A stretch of DNA of 49,272 bases, from positions 1 through 49,272 of the forward strand of contig JAGORB010000002.1 in NCBI GenBank assembly GCA_018063065.1. The letters are read 5' to 3'. A model generated the notes under the pieces. It did not search any database, was not told the DNA's origin, and saw nothing but the letters and a program-made list of their open reading frames with translations. The stretch is from Minisyncoccota bacterium (lineage in GTDB: Bacteria > Patescibacteriota > Minisyncoccia > Phycocordibacterales > XYD1-FULL-46-19). Shown in pieces: positions 18,233 to 25,835 of this stretch (its first letter is position 1; the number at the start of each line of letters is the position of its first letter). Made by a program: the position numbers and the translations under genes.

Positions 18233-18892
18233 ATGAAAATTTTGAGCATTATCTTGGCAGTGGTGATTGCGGGCGGATTATTGTGGTATGGCTTTAGCCA
18301 GCCGGGTGGGGAAGTGGTCATGAGCAATAACTATGGCACTTCTACCGAGACAGCCTTTACCACCTCTAATAATCAGAGTAATAATATTAATAATTCTAAT
18401 TCAGAGATAAAAAATATGAGTCATATCGTGACGATTAAGACTAACAAGGGCGAGATCAAATTTGAGACTTATGATGCCGACGCGCCTAACGCGGTGAAGA
18501 ATTTTACTGATCTGGCTAATAAGGGATTTTATAACGGCGTAATCTTCCACCGCGTTATTGATGGCTTTATGATCCAAGGTGGCGACCCCACCGGCACGGG
18601 CATGGGTGGCCCGGGTTACAAATTTGCCGATGAACTTAATCCGGCTACAGAGTCGTATAAAAATGGTTATAAGCAAGGCGTGGTGGCGATGGCTAACTCT
18701 GGACCCAATACCAATGGCTCACAATTCTTTATTATGGTGGCTGATTATCCGCTCCCTAACAATTACACGATCTTCGGCAAGGTAGTCTCGGGTCAAGAAG
18801 TGGCTAATGCTATTGCTAAGGTCTCCAAAGACGGCAATGACAAACCGCTCTCACCCGTCACGATGGAGAGTGTTACGGTAAGTGAAAAATAA
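18233..18892 (+). CDS. Membrane-anchored cyclophilin-type peptidyl-prolyl cis-trans isomerase
   Basis: TM helix, a N/S-rich linker and then the cyclophilin core (FHRVIDGFMIQGGDPTGTGMGGPGY, GVVAMANSGPNTNGSQFFI). I chose the start at MKILSII. Confidence 0.85.
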   Translation: MKILSIILAVVIAGGLLWYGFSQPGGEVVMSNNYGTSTETAFTTSNNQSNNINNSNSEIKNMSHIVTIKTNKGEIKFETYDADAPNAVKNFTDLANKGFYNGVIFHRVIDGFMIQGGDPTGTGMGGPGYKFADELNPATESYKNGYKQGVVAMANSGPNTNGSQFFIMVADYPLPNNYTIFGKVVSGQEVANAIAKVSKDGNDKPLSPVTMESVTVSEK

Positions 18893-18893
18893 T

Positions 18894-19370
18894 TTAAACT
18901 AAGTCGTCGTCTTCGGTGTCGAGAGCTTGGGGGATCAAGTCCATTTCATTTAAATCTTCCAATTTGTCATCGGCATTTTCTTCCTCCACCAAGGTCTGGC
19001 TCAAGCGATCCACAATCTCACTTTCTTCCAAGGTGTTGGCAAGCGCAATGGCCACCATATAACCGGCCATTTCATAATGCTCGGCATAACGGGCGGCGCC
19101 GGCCAGCATCACATCCAATATCAAGGGATCAATCTCTTGATTGGTTAACCACTCGCCGTCGCCAATAATCCCTCTAATACCATCAGAGGTGCCTTCATCA
19201 CTGCCAATTACCTCCTCCTCTTCATCGGGGTCATTGTTGGTTGAGAGAATTTTTAAACATTCTTGCAAGCGCACGGCGTGACCACGTGTCTCGTCGAGAT
19301 GAGTGCGGAAGGCCTCTTTTAAATCCATATTATTGGCGGCCTCGGCCATCTTGGGCAAGGCTTCAATCAA
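18894..19370 (-). CDS. DUF892 (YciE/YciF ferritin-like) domain protein, with its N-terminal helix and canonical start missing in this frame
   Basis: ALPKMAEAA..LKEAFRTHLDETRGHAVRLQECL and AAARYAEHYEMAGY match the DUF892 pattern. The only listed start is a TTG. The frame stays open upstream to a TAG at 19404-19406. Confidence 0.7.
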   Translation of the reverse strand: MIEALPKMAEAANNMDLKEAFRTHLDETRGHAVRLQECLKILSTNNDPDEEEEVIGSDEGTSDGIRGIIGDGEWLTNQEIDPLILDVMLAGAARYAEHYEMAGYMVAIALANTLEESEIVDRLSQTLVEEENADDKLEDLNEMDLIPQALDTEDDDLV

Positions 19371-19407
19371 TTGTTCCTCAATATCGGCAAGGACGGTTAA
19401 CTGCTAT

Positions 19408-19596
19408 CTAGTTGAGCTTGAACCAGTTTAAGGATTGAGTTATAGTCTCGGGCAATTTAAGCCACGGCTTAGACGACTCCACTTCTAACGAGGCGGAGTC
19501 GTCTTGTAAGATTCCGCGCAAGAGGTCACGCTTTTCAGACGCGTCCAATTTAATGCTTTGGGCGTTCAATTTAAATGATTGAATTTTATCGGTCAT
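19408..19596 (-). CDS. 62-aa ORF, possibly the detached N-terminal part of the DUF892 gene
   Basis: It starts 4 nt after the ECF sigma gene stop. Its C-terminus SLNWFKLN lines up with the missing first DUF892 helix. Confidence 0.45.
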   Translation of the reverse strand: MTDKIQSFKLNAQSIKLDASEKRDLLRGILQDDSASLEVESSKPWLKLPETITQSLNWFKLN

Positions 19597-19600
19597 TTAT

Positions 19601-20113
19601 TTAAGTTTTATCTCGGTTTAATAGTTGTTCTAATTTAGCTTTGGCTCGATGTAAGCGGACAGAGACTACATTCTCAGTCTCACCTAAGATAGAAGCAATC
19701 TCACTGGGGGATAGATCTTCAACATAACGCCAGATAATTAAATTTTGATCTTCTTCCTTGAGATGCTCCATCACTGTGAAAACCCAATTAACCTCAGCCG
19801 TCTGGCTGGTGTTGGCTCGCTTATCTTCAGGATCATAACCATTCTCCCTTAATGTATCTAAAGAATCGGTTTTAATCCGACGATACCAATCAATAACTAT
19901 GCGCGTCGCTACTCGGTATAAAAAGGGGCGATAGTTATCGATTTCGCCTTTCTGCAGGTAACTCCAAGTCTTAAGGAATATTTGCTGAACCAAGTCCTTG
20001 GCCGCTTCTCGGTCGCTAGTCTTGAAGAAGCAGTACCGGAACATGGTGTCAGCATAGGTGTTGTACACCGTCGTAAATTCCTCCTTTAACCTGTCGTTAT
20101 TGTGGGCATTCAT
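19601..20113 (-). CDS. ECF-type RNA polymerase sigma-70 family factor
   Basis: 170 aa with region 2 (DLVQQIFLKTWSYL..FLYRVATRIVIDWYRR) and region 4 (DLSPSEIASILGETENVVSVRLHRAKAKL). Confidence 0.85.
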   Translation of the reverse strand: MNAHNNDRLKEEFTTVYNTYADTMFRYCFFKTSDREAAKDLVQQIFLKTWSYLQKGEIDNYRPFLYRVATRIVIDWYRRIKTDSLDTLRENGYDPEDKRANTSQTAEVNWVFTVMEHLKEEDQNLIIWRYVEDLSPSEIASILGETENVVSVRLHRAKAKLEQLLNRDKT

Positions 20114-20317
20114 AGAGTTAGACGACCCTAAGGGCCATCTCTTACAGTAAGCTTAAGTTATTAAAATGCTCTGCCAGACCTTATTATAGCAATAATGATG
20201 GGTATGGGAAGAGGGTCAAATCAGGATGTGGATAGGCTGATTGGTGAGGGTAAAGGTTTAATCTATACTGTAAGTATAAGGTCGAATAAGTTAATTATTC
20301 TTCAAAACTATTTTTAC

Positions 20318-20530
20318 ATGAAAGCTCTTCACATGATTGCCTTTATCCTCGTGGTTGTTGGTGGTCTTAATTGGCTACTCGTGGCTCTGGGTTGGAATTT
20401 GGTTGAGATGATCTTCGGCATGGATTCCATGTTGACTCAGATCGTGTACATCTTGGTGGGCCTCTCCGCTGTTTACTTGGTGGTGACTCACAAGAAGACC
20501 TGCCGCGCCTGCTCGGGTGGGATGATGTAA
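20318..20530 (+). CDS. DUF378-family small membrane protein
   Basis: 70 aa with the pattern IAFILVVVGGLNWLLVAL..NLV...FG that is typical of DUF378. The upstream extension to 20195 has no support. Confidence 0.7.
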   Translation: MKALHMIAFILVVVGGLNWLLVALGWNLVEMIFGMDSMLTQIVYILVGLSAVYLVVTHKKTCRACSGGMM

Positions 20531-20545
20531 TCTCCCTCTTCGTAG

Positions 20546-20596
20546 CAAAATCCCGCCCTATGGAATAGTTCGCTATATTCCATAGGGCGGATTTTG
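20546..20596 (+). terminator. Long hairpin terminator
   Basis: A ~20-bp stem CAAAATCCCGCCCTATGGAATA / TATTCCATAGGGCGGATTTTG (with one bulge), followed a few nt later by TTTTTT. Confidence 0.75.
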
Positions 20597-20609
20597 CTAT
20601 ACTTTTTTA

Positions 20610-21221
20610 ATGTTAGATCTCACGCCCTCGGAAAGGAAGATATTGAAGTCTCTTAACACCCCGTCTAAGATTCAAGACTTCTTGAATCGTTTGCCCTTCA
20701 ACTTTGAGCAAGGCGGTGAGGGTTTAATGAGTCCACGGCGAGTCTTGAAGGCGGGTAGGGCCCACTGCTTTGAAGGCGCGCTCCTCGCCGCCGCCGCTTT
20801 ATGGCTACAAGGACACAAGCCACTCTTAATGGATTTTAAAACTCTCCCTATTGATGAAGAACATGTGGTGGCGCTCTTTAAACAAGACGGTTATTGGGGG
20901 GCAATTAGTAAGACCAATCACGCCATCCTCCGCTACCGCGATGCTATTTATAAGAATCCGCGCGAGCTGGCCTTGTCTTACTTTAATGAATACTTCGATT
21001 TTAAAACCGGACAGAAGACGCTCCGCTCTTACTCGGCCCCGTTTGATTTAAGTAAGTTAGGAGATAAATGGATAACCGCCGAGGAAGACTTATGGGCCTT
21101 AGATAAACTGCTGGATAAATCGCCCCACTTTAAAATAGTGACGCCTGCCCAAGCGAGGCGCTTACGGCCGGTAGAGAAGATTGAGCTTGAGGCTGGCAAA
21201 TTAACGCAGTGGAAGAAGTAG
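20610..21221 (+). CDS. Conserved hypothetical protein with a possible transglutaminase/cysteine-peptidase-like core
   Basis: Candidate catalytic Cys (RAHCFEGALLAAAAL) and His (DEEHVVALF). TATACT (20598-20603) lies 6 nt from the ATG. Confidence 0.6.
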   Translation: MLDLTPSERKILKSLNTPSKIQDFLNRLPFNFEQGGEGLMSPRRVLKAGRAHCFEGALLAAAALWLQGHKPLLMDFKTLPIDEEHVVALFKQDGYWGAISKTNHAILRYRDAIYKNPRELALSYFNEYFDFKTGQKTLRSYSAPFDLSKLGDKWITAEEDLWALDKLLDKSPHFKIVTPAQARRLRPVEKIELEAGKLTQWKK

Positions 21222-21314
21222 ATTTTTATTTGACTATCTTCTCATATTTTGGCAAGATACAATCTGGCGGATCTTTTTGTTTTTAATCAACCAAACAAAA
21301 GAGGGGAGTTAAGG

Positions 21315-22019
21315 ATGCTAAATGTTTTTAGTCCTGATGAGGCGAATCTTCTTCAAAGTAGTTTGCCGGGGGGTTATTTGTTCCTTTTGGGACCGAATGG
21401 TGTCGGCAAAGGAACTCAAGGTAAAGCCTTGGTGGGTAAGATACCGGGGGTAAACGTTCGTTATCTCTCGGTGGGAGAAGAATTCCGGGATCTGATTAAA
21501 CAGAACGGTGACGCGGCCCAAGAGATCAACGGTTATTTGGATCGTTGTGAATTGGTTCCATTGTCGATTCTGACCCGAGAGATCATCTGTCCTTTCTTGC
21601 GTTCTCTTGCATCTCGCGACCTAGCCGTCATCGATGGTTGTCCTCGAAGGGATGACCAAGTGGACGGTGTGATGTCCTTGTTGCCGGAGCAGTCGTTGAA
21701 GTTAGCTTTTGTTTTTAGGGCCAGCGACCCAACCTGCATCAGCCGATTGGTCCACGGAGCTCGCGGACGGAAAGATGACAAACTTCCTGACATCAAGAAG
21801 CGTCTAGCGGAATATCGACGCAACTTTCCGGCGGTGTCTCGCGAGTTGGCGAAAGCTAAGGTTCCCAAGTTGTATGTCGATTCCGACAATCTCTTGCCCG
21901 ATGAAGTGGGCCCAAGGTTTTTGGACGCACTCTTGTGGGGGTGTCGGGCAGTGACCGGAATGAAGACTTATCGCGAGCCGTTCTCGCATGATTTGCCTCT
22001 CTTCGCTCAAGTTGGTTGA
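21315..22019 (+). CDS. Adenylate/UMP-CMP kinase-family NMP kinase, divergent
   Basis: P-loop GPNGVGKGTQG, NMP-binding region LSVGEEFRDLI, IDGCPRR and a short LID (GRKDDKLPDIKKRLAEYR). GGGGAG SD lies 6 nt upstream of the ATG at 21315. There is a C-terminal ~35-aa extension. Confidence 0.7.
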   Translation: MLNVFSPDEANLLQSSLPGGYLFLLGPNGVGKGTQGKALVGKIPGVNVRYLSVGEEFRDLIKQNGDAAQEINGYLDRCELVPLSILTREIICPFLRSLASRDLAVIDGCPRRDDQVDGVMSLLPEQSLKLAFVFRASDPTCISRLVHGARGRKDDKLPDIKKRLAEYRRNFPAVSRELAKAKVPKLYVDSDNLLPDEVGPRFLDALLWGCRAVTGMKTYREPFSHDLPLFAQVG

Positions 22020-22031
22020 TTAGTATTTACA

Positions 22032-22066
22032 CCGCGTGTCCCAAGCTTGGGACCGCGGCTTTTTTG
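22032..22066 (+). terminator. Rho-independent terminator after the NMP-kinase gene
   Basis: CCGCGTGTCCCAAG / CTTGGGACCGCGG (one bulge) followed by CTTTTTTG. Confidence 0.8.
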
Positions 22067-22084
22067 TGTTATAAAGAAATTGAT

Positions 22085-23770
22085 ATGGTGTTAACTACTC
22101 ATGCCGTGGTGGGCGGAGCGATTGGGCGCGTGTTTGCGGGCAATCCCTTGCTTGCTTTTATCCTCGCCTTTGCCAGTCATTTTTTGTTAGATATGATCCC
22201 GCATTGGGACTACCCGCTAAGTTCCAAGGTTACCGATGTGCGCGAGAGTCACACCATGCACTTGCGCTCTGGCTGGCCTCTTATTATGGACATTGGTCGC
22301 GTTAGTCTCGACTTCCTCCTCGGCGCCTTTTTGGTCTACTTCATTTTCCCGCCCGAGACGGCGTGGTGGTTTAGCTCCATTGTCTGGGGCGTGTTGGGAG
22401 CGGTTTTACCAGATGGCCTGCAATTTATTTATGCCAAGTGGCGCCCCTCAATACTTCGGGGTTTACAACGCTTCCATCATTTTATTCATGCCAATCATGA
22501 TCTTAATGATAAGCCGCTCTTAGGTATTACTCTCCAACTTATTTTAATGTTAGTGGTGGTAATTGGAGTTAAGCTCTCCTTGCTTGGTTCTTGGCCGCCG
22601 ATCTTAAGCAGTTTAATCTCATCTTTTAAACTTACTGATGCGCTGGATATTTTAATCGTCGCCGGTATGATTTATCTGGCCCTCATTTTTATCCGCCGGA
22701 CCAAATCATTTTTTATCGTTAACAGCGTTATCTTCCTCTTCGCCATTTATTATTTGTCTCGTTACTTCGATCTAACACTCACGCGCCAAGCCTTCCAATC
22801 CATCCTGACCTTCTTCATTGTCATCTTCGTCATCGTCTTCCAGCGGGAGATTAGACGCTTCTTTGATTGGTTATCCTTCTCTAAGGGTTGGCAGGGCGCG
22901 CTTAATGTCCCTACTAATGACACGCTTACTTTGCTCGCCCGAGCGCTCGCCGAGATGGCCAGGAAGAGAATTGGCGCCATTATTGTGATCCCCGGTGAGG
23001 ATCCGGTCGATCGCTGGCTCGAGAACGGTTATGTCTTGGATGGTAAATTATCTTTGCCATTATTATTGTCTATTTTTGACCCCACTTCACCGGGCCATGA
23101 CGGCGCGGTGTTATTAATTGGGGACAGGGTGCGCCGCTTTGGCTTGCATTTACCGCTCGCCGATAATGTGGGGGCGAGCGGCAGCTTTGGCACGCGTCAC
23201 CGAGCAGCGGTGGGAATTACCGAGCGCACCGACGCCTTAGCGTTGGTGGTGTCGGAAGAGCGCGGTACCATCTCGGCGGTGGAGGGGGGAGTGCTTAAGA
23301 CTATTGATGATCCGGCGCAACTTTTAGAATATTTAAAGCGCTTCATCTCCGAGAACTTGCCCGACGATCACTCGCAAAATATTTGGCACTTCTTATTGCT
23401 TAAAAACTTTTGGATTAAACTCTCGGCCTTGGTGCTCGCGGCCATTTTCTGGTTAGTCCTCGTCTTCCAAATTGGCGTGGTTAATCAGCCCATTGCTGTG
23501 CCGCTTGAATTCCGCTTCTTGCCTGCCGGCCTTGAGATTGTGGATTTAAATACCAATACCGTCACGGTCACGGTCGCCGGTAACAATCGCGACTTACTTA
23601 ACTTCAAGCCCGAGCAAATTAAGGTGGCGGTAGACTTAAGCGCGGCCAAGGCCGGTTATCAAGAATTAATTTTAGATCAAGGGTCGGTGAGTGTGCCCGG
23701 CTTCCTCTCGGTAGTCAAGATTGAACCACGCTTCATCAACTTCCGGTTAGTGGAGGACGATAATAATTAA
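22085..23770 (+). CDS. cdaA: Fusion protein: N-terminal polytopic His/Asp-motif membrane module + CdaA-type diadenylate cyclase + YbbR (CdaR-like) domain
   Basis: CdaA TM region (ALDILIVAGMIYLALIFIRRTKS, FQREIRRFFDWL). DAC motifs (GAIIVIPG, GHDGAVLL, GTRHRAAVGITERTDALALVVSEERGTIS). After a further TM helix comes a YbbR-like beta domain (VPLEFRFLPAGLEIV..VTVTVAG..IKVAVDLS). The N-terminal ~175 aa carry SHFLLDMIPHWDYP. Confidence 0.8.
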   Translation: MVLTTHAVVGGAIGRVFAGNPLLAFILAFASHFLLDMIPHWDYPLSSKVTDVRESHTMHLRSGWPLIMDIGRVSLDFLLGAFLVYFIFPPETAWWFSSIVWGVLGAVLPDGLQFIYAKWRPSILRGLQRFHHFIHANHDLNDKPLLGITLQLILMLVVVIGVKLSLLGSWPPILSSLISSFKLTDALDILIVAGMIYLALIFIRRTKSFFIVNSVIFLFAIYYLSRYFDLTLTRQAFQSILTFFIVIFVIVFQREIRRFFDWLSFSKGWQGALNVPTNDTLTLLARALAEMARKRIGAIIVIPGEDPVDRWLENGYVLDGKLSLPLLLSIFDPTSPGHDGAVLLIGDRVRRFGLHLPLADNVGASGSFGTRHRAAVGITERTDALALVVSEERGTISAVEGGVLKTIDDPAQLLEYLKRFISENLPDDHSQNIWHFLLLKNFWIKLSALVLAAIFWLVLVFQIGVVNQPIAVPLEFRFLPAGLEIVDLNTNTVTVTVAGNNRDLLNFKPEQIKVAVDLSAAKAGYQELILDQGSVSVPGFLSVVKIEPRFINFRLVEDDNN

Positions 23771-23773
23771 ACT

Positions 23774-24547
23774 ATGTCTTATTGGGAAGTATTAATCTTG
23801 GCGATTATTGAGGGGATCACGGAGTTCTTGCCCGTTTCTTCCACTGGCCACCTCATTATCTTTAGCCGGCTGCTGGATATTGTCCCGTCCACCTTCAGTA
23901 CCAGCTTCAATATCACCATTCAATTAGGAGCGATTCTCGCCGTTGTGTCTTTATACGGCCTGCGCCTGAAGGAGAATAAAGATTTATTATTTAAAGTATT
24001 GGTGGCCTTCATCCCCACAGCCATTATTGGCTTAACTGCTTACTCCACTTTAAAGAATTATCTTTTACATAATTTAGCCCTTACCGTCTTGGCGCTGGGG
24101 GTGGGCGGAGTGTTAATTATTTTATTTGAGCGTTGGTATAAAAAACAATTAACCATTAGTGCCAACTTTAATGAGTTAACTTACACTCAAGCTTTGTGGT
24201 TGGGCCTCGCCCAAGCGCTCGCCATTGTGCCAGGTGTCTCGCGCTCGGGCGCGACGATTATTGCCGGACTTTATATGGGCTTGCCGCGCGTGGCGGTGGT
24301 GGAGTTCTCCTTCCTCTTGGCCATCCCGACCATGCTTGCCGCCACTTTATATGATTTATACAAATCAGCTGGGAGCTTTGTGGCTGACGACTGGTCCTTA
24401 CTCCTCTTCGGCTTCGTTGTTTCTTACCTCACCGCTTGGGTAACGGTGAAGTGGTTGATGAAGTTTATTAAGACTCACGACTTTACCGCCTTCGGCGTCT
24501 ATCGGGTACTCTTGGCGGTCTTGCTGTGGTGGCTCTTGCTGGGGTAG
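23774..24547 (+). CDS. uppP: Undecaprenyl-diphosphate phosphatase (BacA/UppP)
   Basis: Motifs EGITEFLPVSSTGHL and PGVSRSGATI; polytopic, 257 aa. Confidence 0.92.
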   Translation: MSYWEVLILAIIEGITEFLPVSSTGHLIIFSRLLDIVPSTFSTSFNITIQLGAILAVVSLYGLRLKENKDLLFKVLVAFIPTAIIGLTAYSTLKNYLLHNLALTVLALGVGGVLIILFERWYKKQLTISANFNELTYTQALWLGLAQALAIVPGVSRSGATIIAGLYMGLPRVAVVEFSFLLAIPTMLAATLYDLYKSAGSFVADDWSLLLFGFVVSYLTAWVTVKWLMKFIKTHDFTAFGVYRVLLAVLLWWLLLG

Positions 24548-24571
24548 CCTGGCTTGATATAATAGAGGTAT

Positions 24572-25336
24572 ATGGAAAACAAAATTTGGTTATATTGGGC
24601 TGGGATTATTATGATGGGCGCTTTTGCGATTTCTTCGTTATGGTATGTGTCAGCTTATAATGAGTCAATTCAACCGGGCAACTTCCGTTCCTTCGGGGTC
24701 TCGGGTGAGGGTAAGGCGGTGGTAGTGCCGGATGTGGCCCGCTTCACCTTTGGGGTAGTATCGGAAACGACCGGGCAGAATATTGCCGCCATTCAAACAC
24801 AGAACACCGAGAAGATGAATAATATTATCAAGGTCTTGAAGGCGGCCGGCATTGCCGAGGCTGATATTAAGACTGAGAATTATAATCTCTCGCCGCGCTA
24901 CAATTATTGTGCGCGCGAGATTGGTATTTGTCCGCCCTCACAAATTGTGGGCTACTCTATCGATCAAACAGTGGCCGTTAAGGTCCGTGACTTTAGCAAG
25001 ATTGGCGACATCTTGACCAAGGTGGTCTCGGCCGGTGCTACCAATATCTCGCAGGTGGAATTTACCGTCGATGATATGGAGGCAGTTAAGAATCAGGCCC
25101 GCAGTGAGGCTATTGCTCGGGCCCGCGAGCAGGCCAAGGCCATTGCTAAGGCCGGTGGCTTCCGCGTCGGTAAGCTCCTCTCTCTCGAGGAGGGAGGCAA
25201 CTTCCCTTATCCTATGTATAACAAGGCGATGGGTGGGGTAGCTATGGATATGGTGGAGCAAGCGGTGGCCCCCAGCATTGAGCCCGGTAGCACCGAGATT
25301 GTCGTTAATGTAGTCTTGCGTTACGAAATTAATTAA
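24572..25336 (+). CDS. SIMPL-domain (DUF541) exported protein
   Basis: N-terminal anchor, then the typical GEGKAVVVPDVARFTFGV..NYNLSPRY..IEPGSTEIVVNV pattern. Confidence 0.75.
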   Translation: MENKIWLYWAGIIMMGAFAISSLWYVSAYNESIQPGNFRSFGVSGEGKAVVVPDVARFTFGVVSETTGQNIAAIQTQNTEKMNNIIKVLKAAGIAEADIKTENYNLSPRYNYCAREIGICPPSQIVGYSIDQTVAVKVRDFSKIGDILTKVVSAGATNISQVEFTVDDMEAVKNQARSEAIARAREQAKAIAKAGGFRVGKLLSLEEGGNFPYPMYNKAMGGVAMDMVEQAVAPSIEPGSTEIVVNVVLRYEIN

Positions 25337-25356
25337 TAATCTTAAGCAAATTACTT

Positions 25357-25749
25357 ATGCAGAATATTAAAGGTAATACTGGTTTAGCCTTACTCCTTAT
25401 CCGCTTGGCGGTGGGAGGCGTCTTCCTCGCTCATGGTGTAGCCAAGTTGTTGAGCCTCGACATGACGATTAGCTTCTTCGGCTCCCTTGGTTTGCCGGCC
25501 TTCATGGCTTACTTAATCGCTGCCGTGGAGACCCTGGGTGGATTGGCGGTATTGTTGGGTGTGGGTGTGCAGACAGCCAGCTTATTGCTCGCCTTGGTGA
25601 TGGTGGGCGCCATTTATACCGTTAAAGGGAAGATGGGCTTCTTGGGTGGTTACGAATTTGATCTAACACTCCTCTTGGCTGCCTTGAGCTTAAGTATCTC
25701 TGGTCCGGGCCGCTATACTATCAAGCGTTTATTAAACAAAAATCAGTAG
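25357..25749 (+). CDS. DoxX-family membrane protein
   Basis: 130 aa with 4 TM helices and LLLIRLAVGGVFLAHGVAKL. Confidence 0.75.
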   Translation: MQNIKGNTGLALLLIRLAVGGVFLAHGVAKLLSLDMTISFFGSLGLPAFMAYLIAAVETLGGLAVLLGVGVQTASLLLALVMVGAIYTVKGKMGFLGGYEFDLTLLLAALSLSISGPGRYTIKRLLNKNQ

Positions 25750-25772
25750 TCAAACTTAGTTGCCGAAAGTGT

Positions 25773-25812
25773 AAAAACTGCTATAATCGCAAGATTGTAG
25801 CAGTTTTTATTT
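25773..25812 (+). terminator. AT-rich hairpin terminator
   Basis: AAAAACTGCTA (25773-25783) / TAGCAGTTTTT (25798-25808). Confidence 0.55.
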
Positions 25813-25835
25813 AACCTAATTTATTTACTGAATTT

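Noticed and set aside
18226-18235. GGGAGG upstream of the cyclophilin gene, considered as an eighth SD-bearing gene.
   Set aside because: Only 1 nt separates the motif from the ATG, which is too close to work as an SD. I did not count it in the SD-positive class.
19408-19596. The 62-aa ORF after the ECF sigma gene, considered as an anti-sigma factor.
   Set aside because: It has no TM helix, no zinc-binding HxxxCxxC and no recognisable anti-sigma domain. Its C-terminus fits better as the missing first helix of the DUF892 protein downstream. I left it unresolved rather than calling it an anti-sigma factor.
20114-20317. A 204-nt purine-rich intergenic region between the ECF sigma gene and DUF378, examined for a riboswitch or sRNA. 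The gaps at 7157-7318, 13785-13964 and 45286-45415 were examined the same way.
   Set aside because: I could not recognise any known riboswitch, SRP, 6S, tmRNA or RNase P core motif, or any convincing conserved-looking structure, by eye. A covariance-model scan would be needed.
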